This document shows, in pieces, positions 48,309 to 56,984 of a stretch of DNA of 56,984 nucleotides. The notes under the pieces are model-generated. The model was not told the DNA's origin. It made no database searches and saw nothing but the letters and a program-made list of their open reading frames with translations. Each line of letters starts with the position of its first letter. Position 1 is the stretch's first letter. The position numbers and the translations under genes are program-made. Origin of the DNA: Candidatus Omnitrophota bacterium (GTDB lineage Bacteria; Omnitrophota; Gorgyraeia; JAFGGP01); contig JAFGGP010000051.1 in the NCBI GenBank assembly GCA_016930485.1, forward strand, positions 1 to 56,984, read 5' to 3'.

Positions 48309-49847
48309 TTATATTAATAATCCCCTGCCGATACGGCGGTCTGTCGGCACGGCGGGATTGCACGCTTTTTCAGGTGTGGTCTTCTGGGAAAGCGATGTGT
48401 GAAGAGTGCCCAGCTTTTGCGTTCCGCGCCTGAAAAGTGTACGATATACATAGGGAAAATAATACCTGTTTATTTTCATAGGGGTTATTTTTGTTGAAAA
48501 AACCAGCCCTTTTAATAGTACATGAATAAACCTGTACATATTTTTGAGTGGCAGTTTGATTAAGACAAACATGCACTTCTTTAAAAACGAATATCGAACA
48601 ATACAATAAAAGAGTGCCTGCAAATTTTCTATTTCTTTTTTTGAGGTAAGCGCCAGACACGTCGTTTCGTGAAAATCTCCTATCTTTTCATAATCCCCGT
48701 CCCATTCTCTGGTCCCCAGCGCCATCGCAGACAACGCTGTGCCGGGATACGGCTGGTAGATCGAAGAATCGACATATGCCGGCTTCCATTTCATGCAGAA
48801 TTCGAGCGATTCCAGATCATTGTGTATGGTGGATGCCGGCAGACCGATCATTATCTCGAATACATAGTTGATCTCATGCCTTGCCAAGTGCCCAACCGCC
48901 GCATCGATTTGCCGGTCGGTAATATTTCTGTTTAATATTTTTTTTCTTATCTCTTCATTTTTGGATTCGATGCCCACCCAGACCGAAATGCATCCCGCCG
49001 CCTTTAACAACGCCGCTGTTTCTGCCGTAATGAGCTCCGGTCTCATATTGCAAATAAAAGGGAGCCCGACACGCTGCGGGTATTGCTGTTGAAATTCAAT
49101 AAGCCAGTCTGTGGAACTGCCAAAGATATCATCTTCAAATTGCACGATATCAAAAGGGCTCTTGCGCCTTTCCTCTTCTATCTCCTCCAGTACGTTATCG
49201 ACTCCTCTCCGTCTCAGTCTCCTGCCCTTGTTTTCATAAATAGAAAAGTACGGTTCATTAAAACAATAGCTACAACTGTACGGGCATCCTCGGGAGGCAA
49301 TAAAATTTCGTATACGGAAATGTCTCACAGACTTATACTCCTTCAGCAGATCCCTGTCGGGAAAGAGGACGGCATCTATAGCATCGATTAATGGCCGCAC
49401 ACCATTTCTGTAAATCTCACCGTCCTCTTTTACCCAAAAATTCTCTGTTTTTCGATAATCTTCCTCTTTTTCTTTTTTATGCAAAAAATCTGCCAGGGCG
49501 CCCTCGCCCTCTCCCCTGCATATGGCGTCAATGCCGTCCTCATTGATAATCTCGGGTGAAAATGTGGCATGCGGCCCCCCAAATACAGAATAGAGATTAC
49601 CAAATTCGTCCTTAAGTCTTTTGTTTAATGCACGATAATAGTGATGAAAGCCCGTTCTTGTGCTGAAAAGAAGCGCCTCCGGATGATACTTTTTTATGCA
49701 TCTCTTGACCCTGCCATAGTCGCACGCATCGACCAATTTTACCTCATGACCGGATTGCTTCAGGCTGGAGGAAAGATACAGGCACCCCAAAGGCATCCTT
49801 CCCACGCTGTCCCTATCCAGTATCTTATTTATAAATAAAACCCTCAT
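48309..49847 (-). CDS. Cobalamin-binding radical SAM protein
   Basis: PLG-x-x-YL-x-S N-terminus, GGPHAT, SRGCPYSCSYC, GIES. Confidence 0.9.
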   Translation of the reverse strand: MRVLFINKILDRDSVGRMPLGCLYLSSSLKQSGHEVKLVDACDYGRVKRCIKKYHPEALLFSTRTGFHHYYRALNKRLKDEFGNLYSVFGGPHATFSPEIINEDGIDAICRGEGEGALADFLHKKEKEEDYRKTENFWVKEDGEIYRNGVRPLIDAIDAVLFPDRDLLKEYKSVRHFRIRNFIASRGCPYSCSYCFNEPYFSIYENKGRRLRRRGVDNVLEEIEEERRKSPFDIVQFEDDIFGSSTDWLIEFQQQYPQRVGLPFICNMRPELITAETAALLKAAGCISVWVGIESKNEEIRKKILNRNITDRQIDAAVGHLARHEINYVFEIMIGLPASTIHNDLESLEFCMKWKPAYVDSSIYQPYPGTALSAMALGTREWDGDYEKIGDFHETTCLALTSKKEIENLQALFYCIVRYSFLKKCMFVLIKLPLKNMYRFIHVLLKGLVFSTKITPMKINRYYFPYVYRTLFRRGTQKLGTLHTSLSQKTTPEKACNPAVPTDRRIGRGLLI

Positions 49848-49877
49848 TCTTCTTTACCTCTTTTTGCTGCAAGGGGC

Positions 49878-50186
49878 CTAAAACTGGTGAAATAAAAAAC
49901 TGTAATACTCCTCCATCATCTTCATCGCTCTGACGGAGGCAACCGCCAGATAATAGCTCATGACCAGGACAATGACGGTTACGATAATTTTTTTCTTCGG
50001 GCTATATCGGGGATTAATCCAGAGTAGCGGCAATGCCAGGGGGCCGATGCAAAGGAAGGCAATGACCAGCCAATACGTCTTATAGTACCATGCAGTCTCC
50101 GTCTCCTTGTTGAGGAATTCTCCGCAGTACCTGCATTTTATCGCGTCACCCTGTATCTCTTCCGCGCAGTAAGGGCATTTTTTCAT
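49878..50186 (-). CDS. Zinc-ribbon membrane protein
   Basis: KCPYCAEEI...KCRYCGE followed by two TM segments. Confidence 0.8.
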   Translation of the reverse strand: MKKCPYCAEEIQGDAIKCRYCGEFLNKETETAWYYKTYWLVIAFLCIGPLALPLLWINPRYSPKKKIIVTVIVLVMSYYLAVASVRAMKMMEEYYSFLFHQF

Positions 50187-50217
50187 CCGCGCCCTCCTTT
50201 TCATGTGGTAATCCTGT

Positions 50218-51450
50218 TTATATTTCTCCGGCTTTTTTCAGGGCTATCTTCGCGCTGATCGGTCCGATAAACTCATGCACAATCGTTGCCCCGATAATCA
50301 CGCTCATAATCAACTGTGACAGATGGGAAAAAGCAGGGTCCTGCTGAATTAAAAGCACCAGACCGACAACAATCCCGCCCTGGGGAATCAGTCCACCTGC
50401 TGTATATCTGCGCACCTTTCTTTCAGCGCCTGACAGCACTGCCCCGGTATACGTCCCAAGAAACTTGCCGATGGTCCGGAATATGAAAAATAAAAAAATG
50501 AGAACGCCCGCCGCCGGCAGGACGGAAAACGTAAGAAGCATACCGCTCACGGTGAAAAAAAGCACGAATATGAACTCTTCTGTATATCTCTCAAGCATGG
50601 TAAATATCCTATTGCTGTGCCGGTTAAAATTGACCACTACCGCGCCCATGCTCATGGTGGCAAGAAGTTCATCGAAGTCAAAGTATTTTGCCAGTCCAAA
50701 ACAAATGAATAGGAGCGCAAAGATAACGACTATCAGCGCCCCTTCCGTCTCTTTATTAAAAAACTCGGTGAGGGCATTGAAGACCACCCCGAGGATTATC
50801 CCTAAGAAAACCGCGCCGACGATCATGCCGCCGGGCTTCAGGACAGATGCGGAGAGGCTAAAGGGTTCGCGGGTAATCAACGCAACGGCGGCAACCGTGG
50901 CAAAGCTGTAATTAATAATGCCGAGTACGTCGTCAAATGCCGCAACGTTCATTATCGTTGAGGAGACCCTTCCCTTTGCCTTGTACTCATGGACCACGGC
51001 CAGGGTAGCCGAAGGGTCTGTCGGGGAGGCCAGGGATGCGATCAATAAACTGAGCGGGATAAAGGTTGCGACTGCGGTAGCACCGTCGATGTGGGTAAGA
51101 AATGGCACTGTACCGAAAAACCCCAGAAATACCAAGAGAAAGGCAAACTCTGCCTCGAGAATAGTGATGAAGAGAATGGTCTTGCCGAGCTTCTTGATCT
51201 CCGGGAAAAGCAGCGCCCCCCCTACAGAAAAAGTGATAAAACTGAGAGAGATATTGGTAATAAGGCCTGTGTGTGAGACGAAATCATAGGGGACGATTTT
51301 AAAAAGTCCGGGATTCAGGAGGACGCCCCCGAGGATGTAGCCCGTTACCTTGGGCAGACCAAAGTGCCTCAGAAGTTCCCCGCATATAAACCCGACAAAA
51401 ATAATAATTCCGACTATTAATATCGACGGCATATCGTCTCCTGTGTGCAA
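50218..51450 (-). CDS. Cation:proton antiporter (CPA family)
   Basis: LPKVTGYIL-x-G, PTDPSAT, AAFDD, PQGG; about 12 TMs. Confidence 0.88.
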   Translation of the reverse strand: MHTGDDMPSILIVGIIIFVGFICGELLRHFGLPKVTGYILGGVLLNPGLFKIVPYDFVSHTGLITNISLSFITFSVGGALLFPEIKKLGKTILFITILEAEFAFLLVFLGFFGTVPFLTHIDGATAVATFIPLSLLIASLASPTDPSATLAVVHEYKAKGRVSSTIMNVAAFDDVLGIINYSFATVAAVALITREPFSLSASVLKPGGMIVGAVFLGIILGVVFNALTEFFNKETEGALIVVIFALLFICFGLAKYFDFDELLATMSMGAVVVNFNRHSNRIFTMLERYTEEFIFVLFFTVSGMLLTFSVLPAAGVLIFLFFIFRTIGKFLGTYTGAVLSGAERKVRRYTAGGLIPQGGIVVGLVLLIQQDPAFSHLSQLIMSVIIGATIVHEFIGPISAKIALKKAGEI

Positions 51451-51477
51451 TATATCCCAGCCTAAACACCTTATATC

Positions 51478-53121
51478 TTATAAGGTGGTCCTTCTGCCTT
51501 TATCGGTTACCCGGAACTCCATATATCTGCCAAATAGCAGTCTTGTCTGCGCGTCCAAAGCGGGTAATGCACTCAATAATACCAACACAAAAGGAATTGT
51601 CAGCCATTCAAAGATATGCTTTACTTTTTTCAGCCATCCGTACTTCTTTCTCACAGCCGGCAAGAGCAGCATACCCAGAAAAACAGAAACTATCAAAGAA
51701 AAAGAAGAGAGGTGGAAAATTGTCCGGGTTATATGAGGTTCGTTGTAATAGACAACGGACTTGTGAAACTCACGGCCCGCCAGTACCGCCGGCAACCACC
51801 CGAGCGTGGTCAGAAGAAACCCCCAGGTAGCCCAGGACACCTGGTTTTCAAGCATCTTAAACGCATGCCCCATCTTCTCTCGTAAGGGTATTTTTTTTGA
51901 CGCGATAAAGCCTCTTACCAAAATCGGAAAGTTTTCCGCGCCGTATGCCCAGCGCCGCCTCTGCCTATAAATGCTTTTCAATGTCCGCCACCAGTTCTCC
52001 GACACGGTGGCATCCATGGACACGGTTATAAATAAAGGCACGGCGCGGTAGTTGCCATCATAATAGAGATACGCCTTCCAGAAAATGGCGGAATCATCAG
52101 AAACTATGTCTTTTGGCCAGTAGCCGATATCGGTCAGGGCCTTAAAACTCATGCTGTGGCTTGAAAAAACGACGAGTTTCTCCGGGTGCGTGACTTCGAT
52201 TAACTGGAAAAAGGACGACCCTATCTCCATGACCCGCACAAACCACGGGGCATCCCAGATATTGTTATTGTAAACAGGGATCGGTTGGAAGCTTGCCCGC
52301 GTCCGATCGGGAGTTACGATGAAATTGTAGGTAAGGCACGCGAAATAGCTCTTGTCGACAACGGTATCGGCGTCAAGGCAGGAGACAATGATATGTTCGA
52401 AGGCTATTGCTCTGGCGGCAAAAAACTCCGCTGCCCGTCTGGCAGCGTACGAGGCATTTGCCCCCTTGGTCCTTGTCTCTCCGGGAAGATTGTCCGGATG
52501 AACAATCATGAAAACATCGAGAAATTCTTTCTTGTATTCCGCGATCAGCCTCTCGACGACGTTTTTGGTGTCCTGCGGGGCCCTCTCCTCAACGGCATAT
52601 ACAACCAACATCTGCCTGTGTGGGAAAGGCTGGTGCAACAATGCCTCGAGGCCGGGCCGGATGACATCCTCTGACTCTTTGGCGACAGGAAATATAATAA
52701 GGTGGTAGATATCGCCCGAGGCAGGAAATGCTATCTGTTTATCCCGAAGAAACCTGAGTTCTTTTTTGTGAATATACAGCGAGAAACGTTCATTCAGGGT
52801 GCGGGCCTTTCTTGTGCCGAGTTCTCCGAGATAAGCATTCAGCCTATCGATGCCCCTGACCCTTAACATCCAGTCCGTTTCGGTCTCTGCCTCGAGCCGC
52901 ATAAAAGAACAAATCAGAAATATCGTCATATAAATCAATCGCAAAAACCAGTAAAAGATGAAAGCGATAGCTACTGCCGAAGCCGCAACGGGATTGATAA
53001 GGGACAGCGCGACAATCCCCAGTAAAATGCCCCAGCTCAATAATCCCGGGAGCATTTCGAACAATCGCTGCTTCTTCTTTTCCAGACCTGTCAGGTTTTG
53101 TTTGGCGTACTGGAACTGCAT
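51478..53121 (-). CDS. Membrane GT2 glycosyltransferase with processive-type motifs
   Basis: TKASN, DADT, SDD, QRRRW; N- and C-terminal TMs. Confidence 0.85.
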   Translation of the reverse strand: MQFQYAKQNLTGLEKKKQRLFEMLPGLLSWGILLGIVALSLINPVAASAVAIAFIFYWFLRLIYMTIFLICSFMRLEAETETDWMLRVRGIDRLNAYLGELGTRKARTLNERFSLYIHKKELRFLRDKQIAFPASGDIYHLIIFPVAKESEDVIRPGLEALLHQPFPHRQMLVVYAVEERAPQDTKNVVERLIAEYKKEFLDVFMIVHPDNLPGETRTKGANASYAARRAAEFFAARAIAFEHIIVSCLDADTVVDKSYFACLTYNFIVTPDRTRASFQPIPVYNNNIWDAPWFVRVMEIGSSFFQLIEVTHPEKLVVFSSHSMSFKALTDIGYWPKDIVSDDSAIFWKAYLYYDGNYRAVPLFITVSMDATVSENWWRTLKSIYRQRRRWAYGAENFPILVRGFIASKKIPLREKMGHAFKMLENQVSWATWGFLLTTLGWLPAVLAGREFHKSVVYYNEPHITRTIFHLSSFSLIVSVFLGMLLLPAVRKKYGWLKKVKHIFEWLTIPFVLVLLSALPALDAQTRLLFGRYMEFRVTDKGRRTTL

Positions 53122-53125
53122 ACTA

Positions 53126-54613
53126 TCAGAGGCTTTCCTTCCTGTTTATGGAATCGGGTGCTGCAAACTGCACCAGTCCATGCTCGGGAATAACGGTTAA
53201 CGAAATAAGGTTATCCGCGTCTTTATCGACGAAAAAAACTTTTCCCAGAGGATCGGAGTAGACAATCGCACCCTGCGCCTTCCTTACTTCAAAGACCGAA
53301 GGGCCTGCCGCATGCGAACCGAGCTCAATAAGCTCAATCCGATCTTTATCCTGTAAAAGGACGTGTGAGCCATCATTGACCCAGAAGGCCTGCTGTATGT
53401 CTCTGGCATCCGTAACTATCCATGCTATCTTTGGCCCTGCCTCGAATATACCTTCACGTTTCATCTCCGCGAAATCAACATACCCGAGCTGCGTTTTCGT
53501 CCATACAAGAATTCTATCGCCGCTTGCCCTGCCGATACCGGAAACTTTCGACGGGATCAATTCATAAGGGAGATAGTTTGAGAGCAATTTCCCCACCTCA
53601 TCGATGAATAGAATCAGTTTTTCCGATATGATGTACATCTCCAGACTGGTGGGGGTTTCAAAAACGCCGGGCATGCGGCCCCAGTCACCCATGAGCGACT
53701 TGCTGGTATTATTCAGGTAATCGATTTCTTCAAATTGTCTGTCATTGCTCATCACCAGAAGTCTCTTATGGAAAAGCCCGAAGCTCTTCACATTGCCTGC
53801 TATCCGGGGGTACACCGCGTTTTCTTTTACGCTAATGCGGTTGATGTCCTTTTCTGAAATGTAAAAGATATTTTCGCTATCTTCATACTGCCAAAAGATC
53901 TCGCCCACCGCCCCCACAAAAAGATGGCTGACATCCACAATGGATCCACCCGAACTCTTAAGATCAGCCCACAGATACCAGTTTCTGTCATTTTGTCTGG
54001 CCAGTACTAAGGCAAAGGGGCTTTTTGGCATGAGCAGCACTGATGAGATACGCAACGCATTATATGCGCCACCCCCGGGAAAAAGTCGCCTGACCGGCTC
54101 TTCCTTAGAATGTTGAAAGCCGCTTTTAAGACTGGTAATAATGGGGTCGTTCATCTTATAGACATAGACATCCTGAAGCAGCGTGCCCCTGCACAGCACT
54201 ATAAAGGGATTATCATCTCTGCAGAATACCTGTGTAACGTCCCTTGAAGATAGAATATCCTCGGGCCAGTTGTTGGGAATAAGAATAATGTCTTCGAGGG
54301 CAGTTGCCTGTTCTTTGACTACCCGGACGGACTTCTCCCAAGGATGATACTGGTCCAGGGTAACGCGTACGGCGTATATTCCTTCCGGAAGATTGCGAAT
54401 AACGGTGGGCGACTTCTGATCGTGCGGCTCGCCGTTGATAAAAACGGAGGCACCTTCAGGAATCGTTGCCAGGGATATAAGGCCGGTTGATTGAATCATC
54501 TCCTTCTGATCCGGCCGAAAAACAATGCCCAGTGCATTGAGGATAATGATCGGACACCCGATCAGGTATATCAGGATAAACAAATAGAAAAGAATCTTCC
54601 GAAATAATAGCAC
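53126..54613 (-). CDS. Membrane-anchored PEGA-domain protein with beta-rich C-terminal region
   Basis: N-terminal TM, TIPEGASVFING...LPEGIYAVRVTLDQYHPWEK (PEGA-like); repeated beta-strand character downstream. Confidence 0.7.
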   Translation of the reverse strand: MLLFRKILFYLFILIYLIGCPIIILNALGIVFRPDQKEMIQSTGLISLATIPEGASVFINGEPHDQKSPTVIRNLPEGIYAVRVTLDQYHPWEKSVRVVKEQATALEDIILIPNNWPEDILSSRDVTQVFCRDDNPFIVLCRGTLLQDVYVYKMNDPIITSLKSGFQHSKEEPVRRLFPGGGAYNALRISSVLLMPKSPFALVLARQNDRNWYLWADLKSSGGSIVDVSHLFVGAVGEIFWQYEDSENIFYISEKDINRISVKENAVYPRIAGNVKSFGLFHKRLLVMSNDRQFEEIDYLNNTSKSLMGDWGRMPGVFETPTSLEMYIISEKLILFIDEVGKLLSNYLPYELIPSKVSGIGRASGDRILVWTKTQLGYVDFAEMKREGIFEAGPKIAWIVTDARDIQQAFWVNDGSHVLLQDKDRIELIELGSHAAGPSVFEVRKAQGAIVYSDPLGKVFFVDKDADNLISLTVIPEHGLVQFAAPDSINRKESL

Positions 54614-54641
54614 GTGTTACCTGTCTTGATTATCCCTGTTT

Positions 54642-55745
54642 CTATCTCAGACGCTTCTGGAACTTGAGAATACTGGACGATAAAATGACGAAAGCGATGC
54701 AAAAAAGGATCGTTGCCTGCGGCCATAAATCTCCAATTCCCAGACCCTTTAATACGATCCCCCTTACGATTTTCAAAAAATGCGTCAGTGGGATAACATT
54801 GCCGATTTGATAAATAATCACAGGCATGCCCTCTCTGGGAAAAATAAAGCCTGAAAGAAGAATGGACGGCATGGCAAAGAACATGACAATTTGCGCCGCC
54901 TGCTGTTGATTCTGAGCAACCGTTGAGGCAAACAGCCCTATCCCTAAACACACGATCAGGAATAAAAGCGTCAGGGAAAACAGGAGAAAAAGATTGCCGC
55001 GTATAGGAACCTGAAAAAGGAAATGCGCCGTTGAAATGACCAGAAGGGCAATCATCATTCCGATACATATGTACGGGATGATTTTTCCGATAATAAGTTC
55101 GTGACTCTTAATAGGCGTTACCAGCAGCTGCTCAATATTCCCTCTTTCTTTTTCCCGTACAATCGCAGATGCCGTAATCATGGGAATTAAAAACTGAATT
55201 AGCAGGCCGACTAACCCCGGAATCATAAAAAAGGTGGTTTTTAAATCCGGGTTATACCACATGCGGGGCCGAAAATCAATCGGTGCCACCTGCGCGGGGA
55301 CGAGTGTCTCTTTCTGCATAAAGGCAGCGACAACGGCCTGAGCCGTATTCAGGGCGACATTTGCGGGATTGGAATCCGTGCCGTCTATAATCAGCTGCAA
55401 CTGGGCCTGCCGCCCTGCCAGGACATCTTTGGCAAAATTGGACGGTATATGCAATCCGGCCTTCGCATCCCCTCTGTCAATGAAATGCCGCAACTCCTCG
55501 AATGACCGGACGTGATACTTCATGTCAAAATAAGCCGACTGCTCGAACGACTCGACGAGCCGCCGGCTTAAGGACGAGTAGTCTTCGTTGTATAAAGCAG
55601 TGGCCAGATGTTTGACGTCCGTATTGATGCCGTATCCGTACATAATCAGTTGAATCAGCGGCATAAGGATAATTAAAATTAACGTCCTGCTGTCGCGGAT
55701 AATATGTAAAAATTCCTTTCGCACAATAGCGGAAATGTTTTTCAT
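54642..55745 (-). CDS. ABC-2 type permease (YbhR/YbhS-like)
   Basis: KEFLHI-x-RD, RMWYNP, IVREKERGNIEQLLVTP, SGFIFP. Confidence 0.9.
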   Translation of the reverse strand: MKNISAIVRKEFLHIIRDSRTLILIILMPLIQLIMYGYGINTDVKHLATALYNEDYSSLSRRLVESFEQSAYFDMKYHVRSFEELRHFIDRGDAKAGLHIPSNFAKDVLAGRQAQLQLIIDGTDSNPANVALNTAQAVVAAFMQKETLVPAQVAPIDFRPRMWYNPDLKTTFFMIPGLVGLLIQFLIPMITASAIVREKERGNIEQLLVTPIKSHELIIGKIIPYICIGMMIALLVISTAHFLFQVPIRGNLFLLFSLTLLFLIVCLGIGLFASTVAQNQQQAAQIVMFFAMPSILLSGFIFPREGMPVIIYQIGNVIPLTHFLKIVRGIVLKGLGIGDLWPQATILFCIAFVILSSSILKFQKRLR

Positions 55746-55747
55746 CT

Positions 55748-56671
55748 TTATTCCTCGGAGATCGTGGCAAACAAATCTTCCAACGAAGCGGAAATAGGCC
55801 TTACGGCAAGGATCGCAACGTCTTCTTTTTCGGCTATCCGGTACATCGTCTTTTCAAAATCACTGTCATCGGAAACATTGACATGCAAATTCGTCCCGTA
55901 TGCCATAATACCATTGACGCCCCGCATTTTTCTGAAAACCCTTGACGCCTTCATGAGCGGCCGGCAGTTTACTTCGAAGATCTTGCCCGGAACCTTTTTC
56001 CTGAGACTATCCGGCGAGCCCTTGCTTAATATCTTTCCCCTGGAAAGAACGGCTATCTGGTGGCAGCGTTCGGCCTCCTCCATATAGTGAGTCGTGACAA
56101 AAAGCGTCACCCCCTCATCAGCTAACTGGTAAAACAATTCCCATAACGTCCGCCTGGAAACAGGATCAATTCCTGCGGTGGGTTCATCAAGAAAAATAAT
56201 TCTGGGTTTATGTAAAATCGCATTAGCCACCGCCAGCCTCTGTTTCCATCCTCCGGATAAAACACCCGCCAGCGTATTGGTCCACCGGTCGAGACCTGTT
56301 GTTTGAAGTGTAGCGCGCATCCGGTTCTTTAAATCAGCATTCCTGAGCCCGTAAATCTGCCCGAAGAACGAGAGATTCTCCTTCACCGTAAGGTCATCAT
56401 AAAGACTGAATCTCTGCGAAACATACCCTATCGACTTCTTAATATCTTCGGGATTCCTGACGACATCAAATCCGGCAATAGTTCCCGTGCCGCTGGTTGG
56501 GGCGAGGATGCCGCAGAGCATTCTGATGGTGGTGCTTTTACCCGCGCCGTTCGCCCCCAGATAGCCGAATATCTCTCCGTAACGGATAGCGAAGGTAATG
56601 GCATCAACCGCAACCAGCTCTCCAAAATGACGGGTCAGGTTATTTACCTCAATGGCAATATCACTACTCAT
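55748..56671 (-). CDS. ABC transporter ATP-binding protein (YbhF-like)
   Basis: GANGAGKST, LSGGWKQR, FLDEPTAG, TTHYMEEA. Confidence 0.93.
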   Translation of the reverse strand: MSSDIAIEVNNLTRHFGELVAVDAITFAIRYGEIFGYLGANGAGKSTTIRMLCGILAPTSGTGTIAGFDVVRNPEDIKKSIGYVSQRFSLYDDLTVKENLSFFGQIYGLRNADLKNRMRATLQTTGLDRWTNTLAGVLSGGWKQRLAVANAILHKPRIIFLDEPTAGIDPVSRRTLWELFYQLADEGVTLFVTTHYMEEAERCHQIAVLSRGKILSKGSPDSLRKKVPGKIFEVNCRPLMKASRVFRKMRGVNGIMAYGTNLHVNVSDDSDFEKTMYRIAEKEDVAILAVRPISASLEDLFATISEE

Positions 56672-56984
56672 CTACTTTTCCCTGTTCAAAATAGACATCG
56701 GCCGCAACCCCGGGATATAACGATATCTGTGTGTTGTCGGGACTGACCTTAACCGCGAATGTCTGCGTAGCGCGCTCTTCCGGCGTCTGAATATTGCGCG
56801 GTGTAAATTCGGCGCTTGTCGCGATGTACCTCACGCGCCCCGGCACATCTTTATCAAGGCCATCCACGCGTATGCGCGCCTGCTGATCCACAGTAACCTG
56901 GCTGATTAAATCTTCCGGAATGTACACCTTGACCCACAGTCTTGTTGGATCCCCCATAATCACAACCGGCGCCCCCGCAGCGAC
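56664..56984 (-). CDS. HlyD-family membrane fusion protein, C-terminal part (5' end beyond window)
   Basis: WVKVYIPE, AEFTPRNIQT, L-x-PG-x-x-ADV; upstream of the ABC ATPase and permease. Confidence 0.85.
   Translation of the reverse strand, partial: VAAGAPVVIMGDPTRLWVKVYIPEDLISQVTVDQQARIRVDGLDKDVPGRVRYIATSAEFTPRNIQTPEERATQTFAVKVSPDNTQISLYPGVAADVYFEQGKVDE

Overview
A 57-kb bacterial chromosomal segment with essentially every real gene on the minus strand. Most of it is core diderm housekeeping: tRNA-Thr, nnrD-acpS-pdxJ, cdaA, folP-ftsH-tilS, a CAU tRNA, greA, larE-like, mnmA, apbE, a histidine kinase with a REC-GAF-HD-GYP partner, panB, rseP-dxr-cdsA-uppS, an OmpA/MotB lipoprotein, purA-serA-aminotransferase, clpP-tig-hpf, an Lpt/Kdo/heptose LPS locus and miaB. 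The gene order suggests a PVC/Omnitrophota-like organism (inference only). From about 41.6 kb onward the content is accessory. Notable items outside the ORF track: (1) an AT-rich single-gene cassette bracketed by a perfect 17-bp inverted repeat and heptamer-periodic arrays inside the kds operon, plus two apparently empty sites of similar architecture in the same locus; (2) a stranded, frameshifted copy of the miaB 5' end 5.48 kb upstream of intact miaB, delimiting an inserted block; (3) a 184-bp-period tandem repeat seeded by the tRNA-CAU 3' end; (4) two unannotated small genes, a 59-aa CdaR-like membrane stub and a 44-aa CxxC...CxxC protein; (5) an LptC-LptA fusion, a trigger factor lacking its PPIase domain, and a deoxyhypusine-synthase-like unknown in the heptose genes. 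No CRISPR array, rRNA, integrase or transposase was found. All assignments come from reading sequence motifs; no database search was run.
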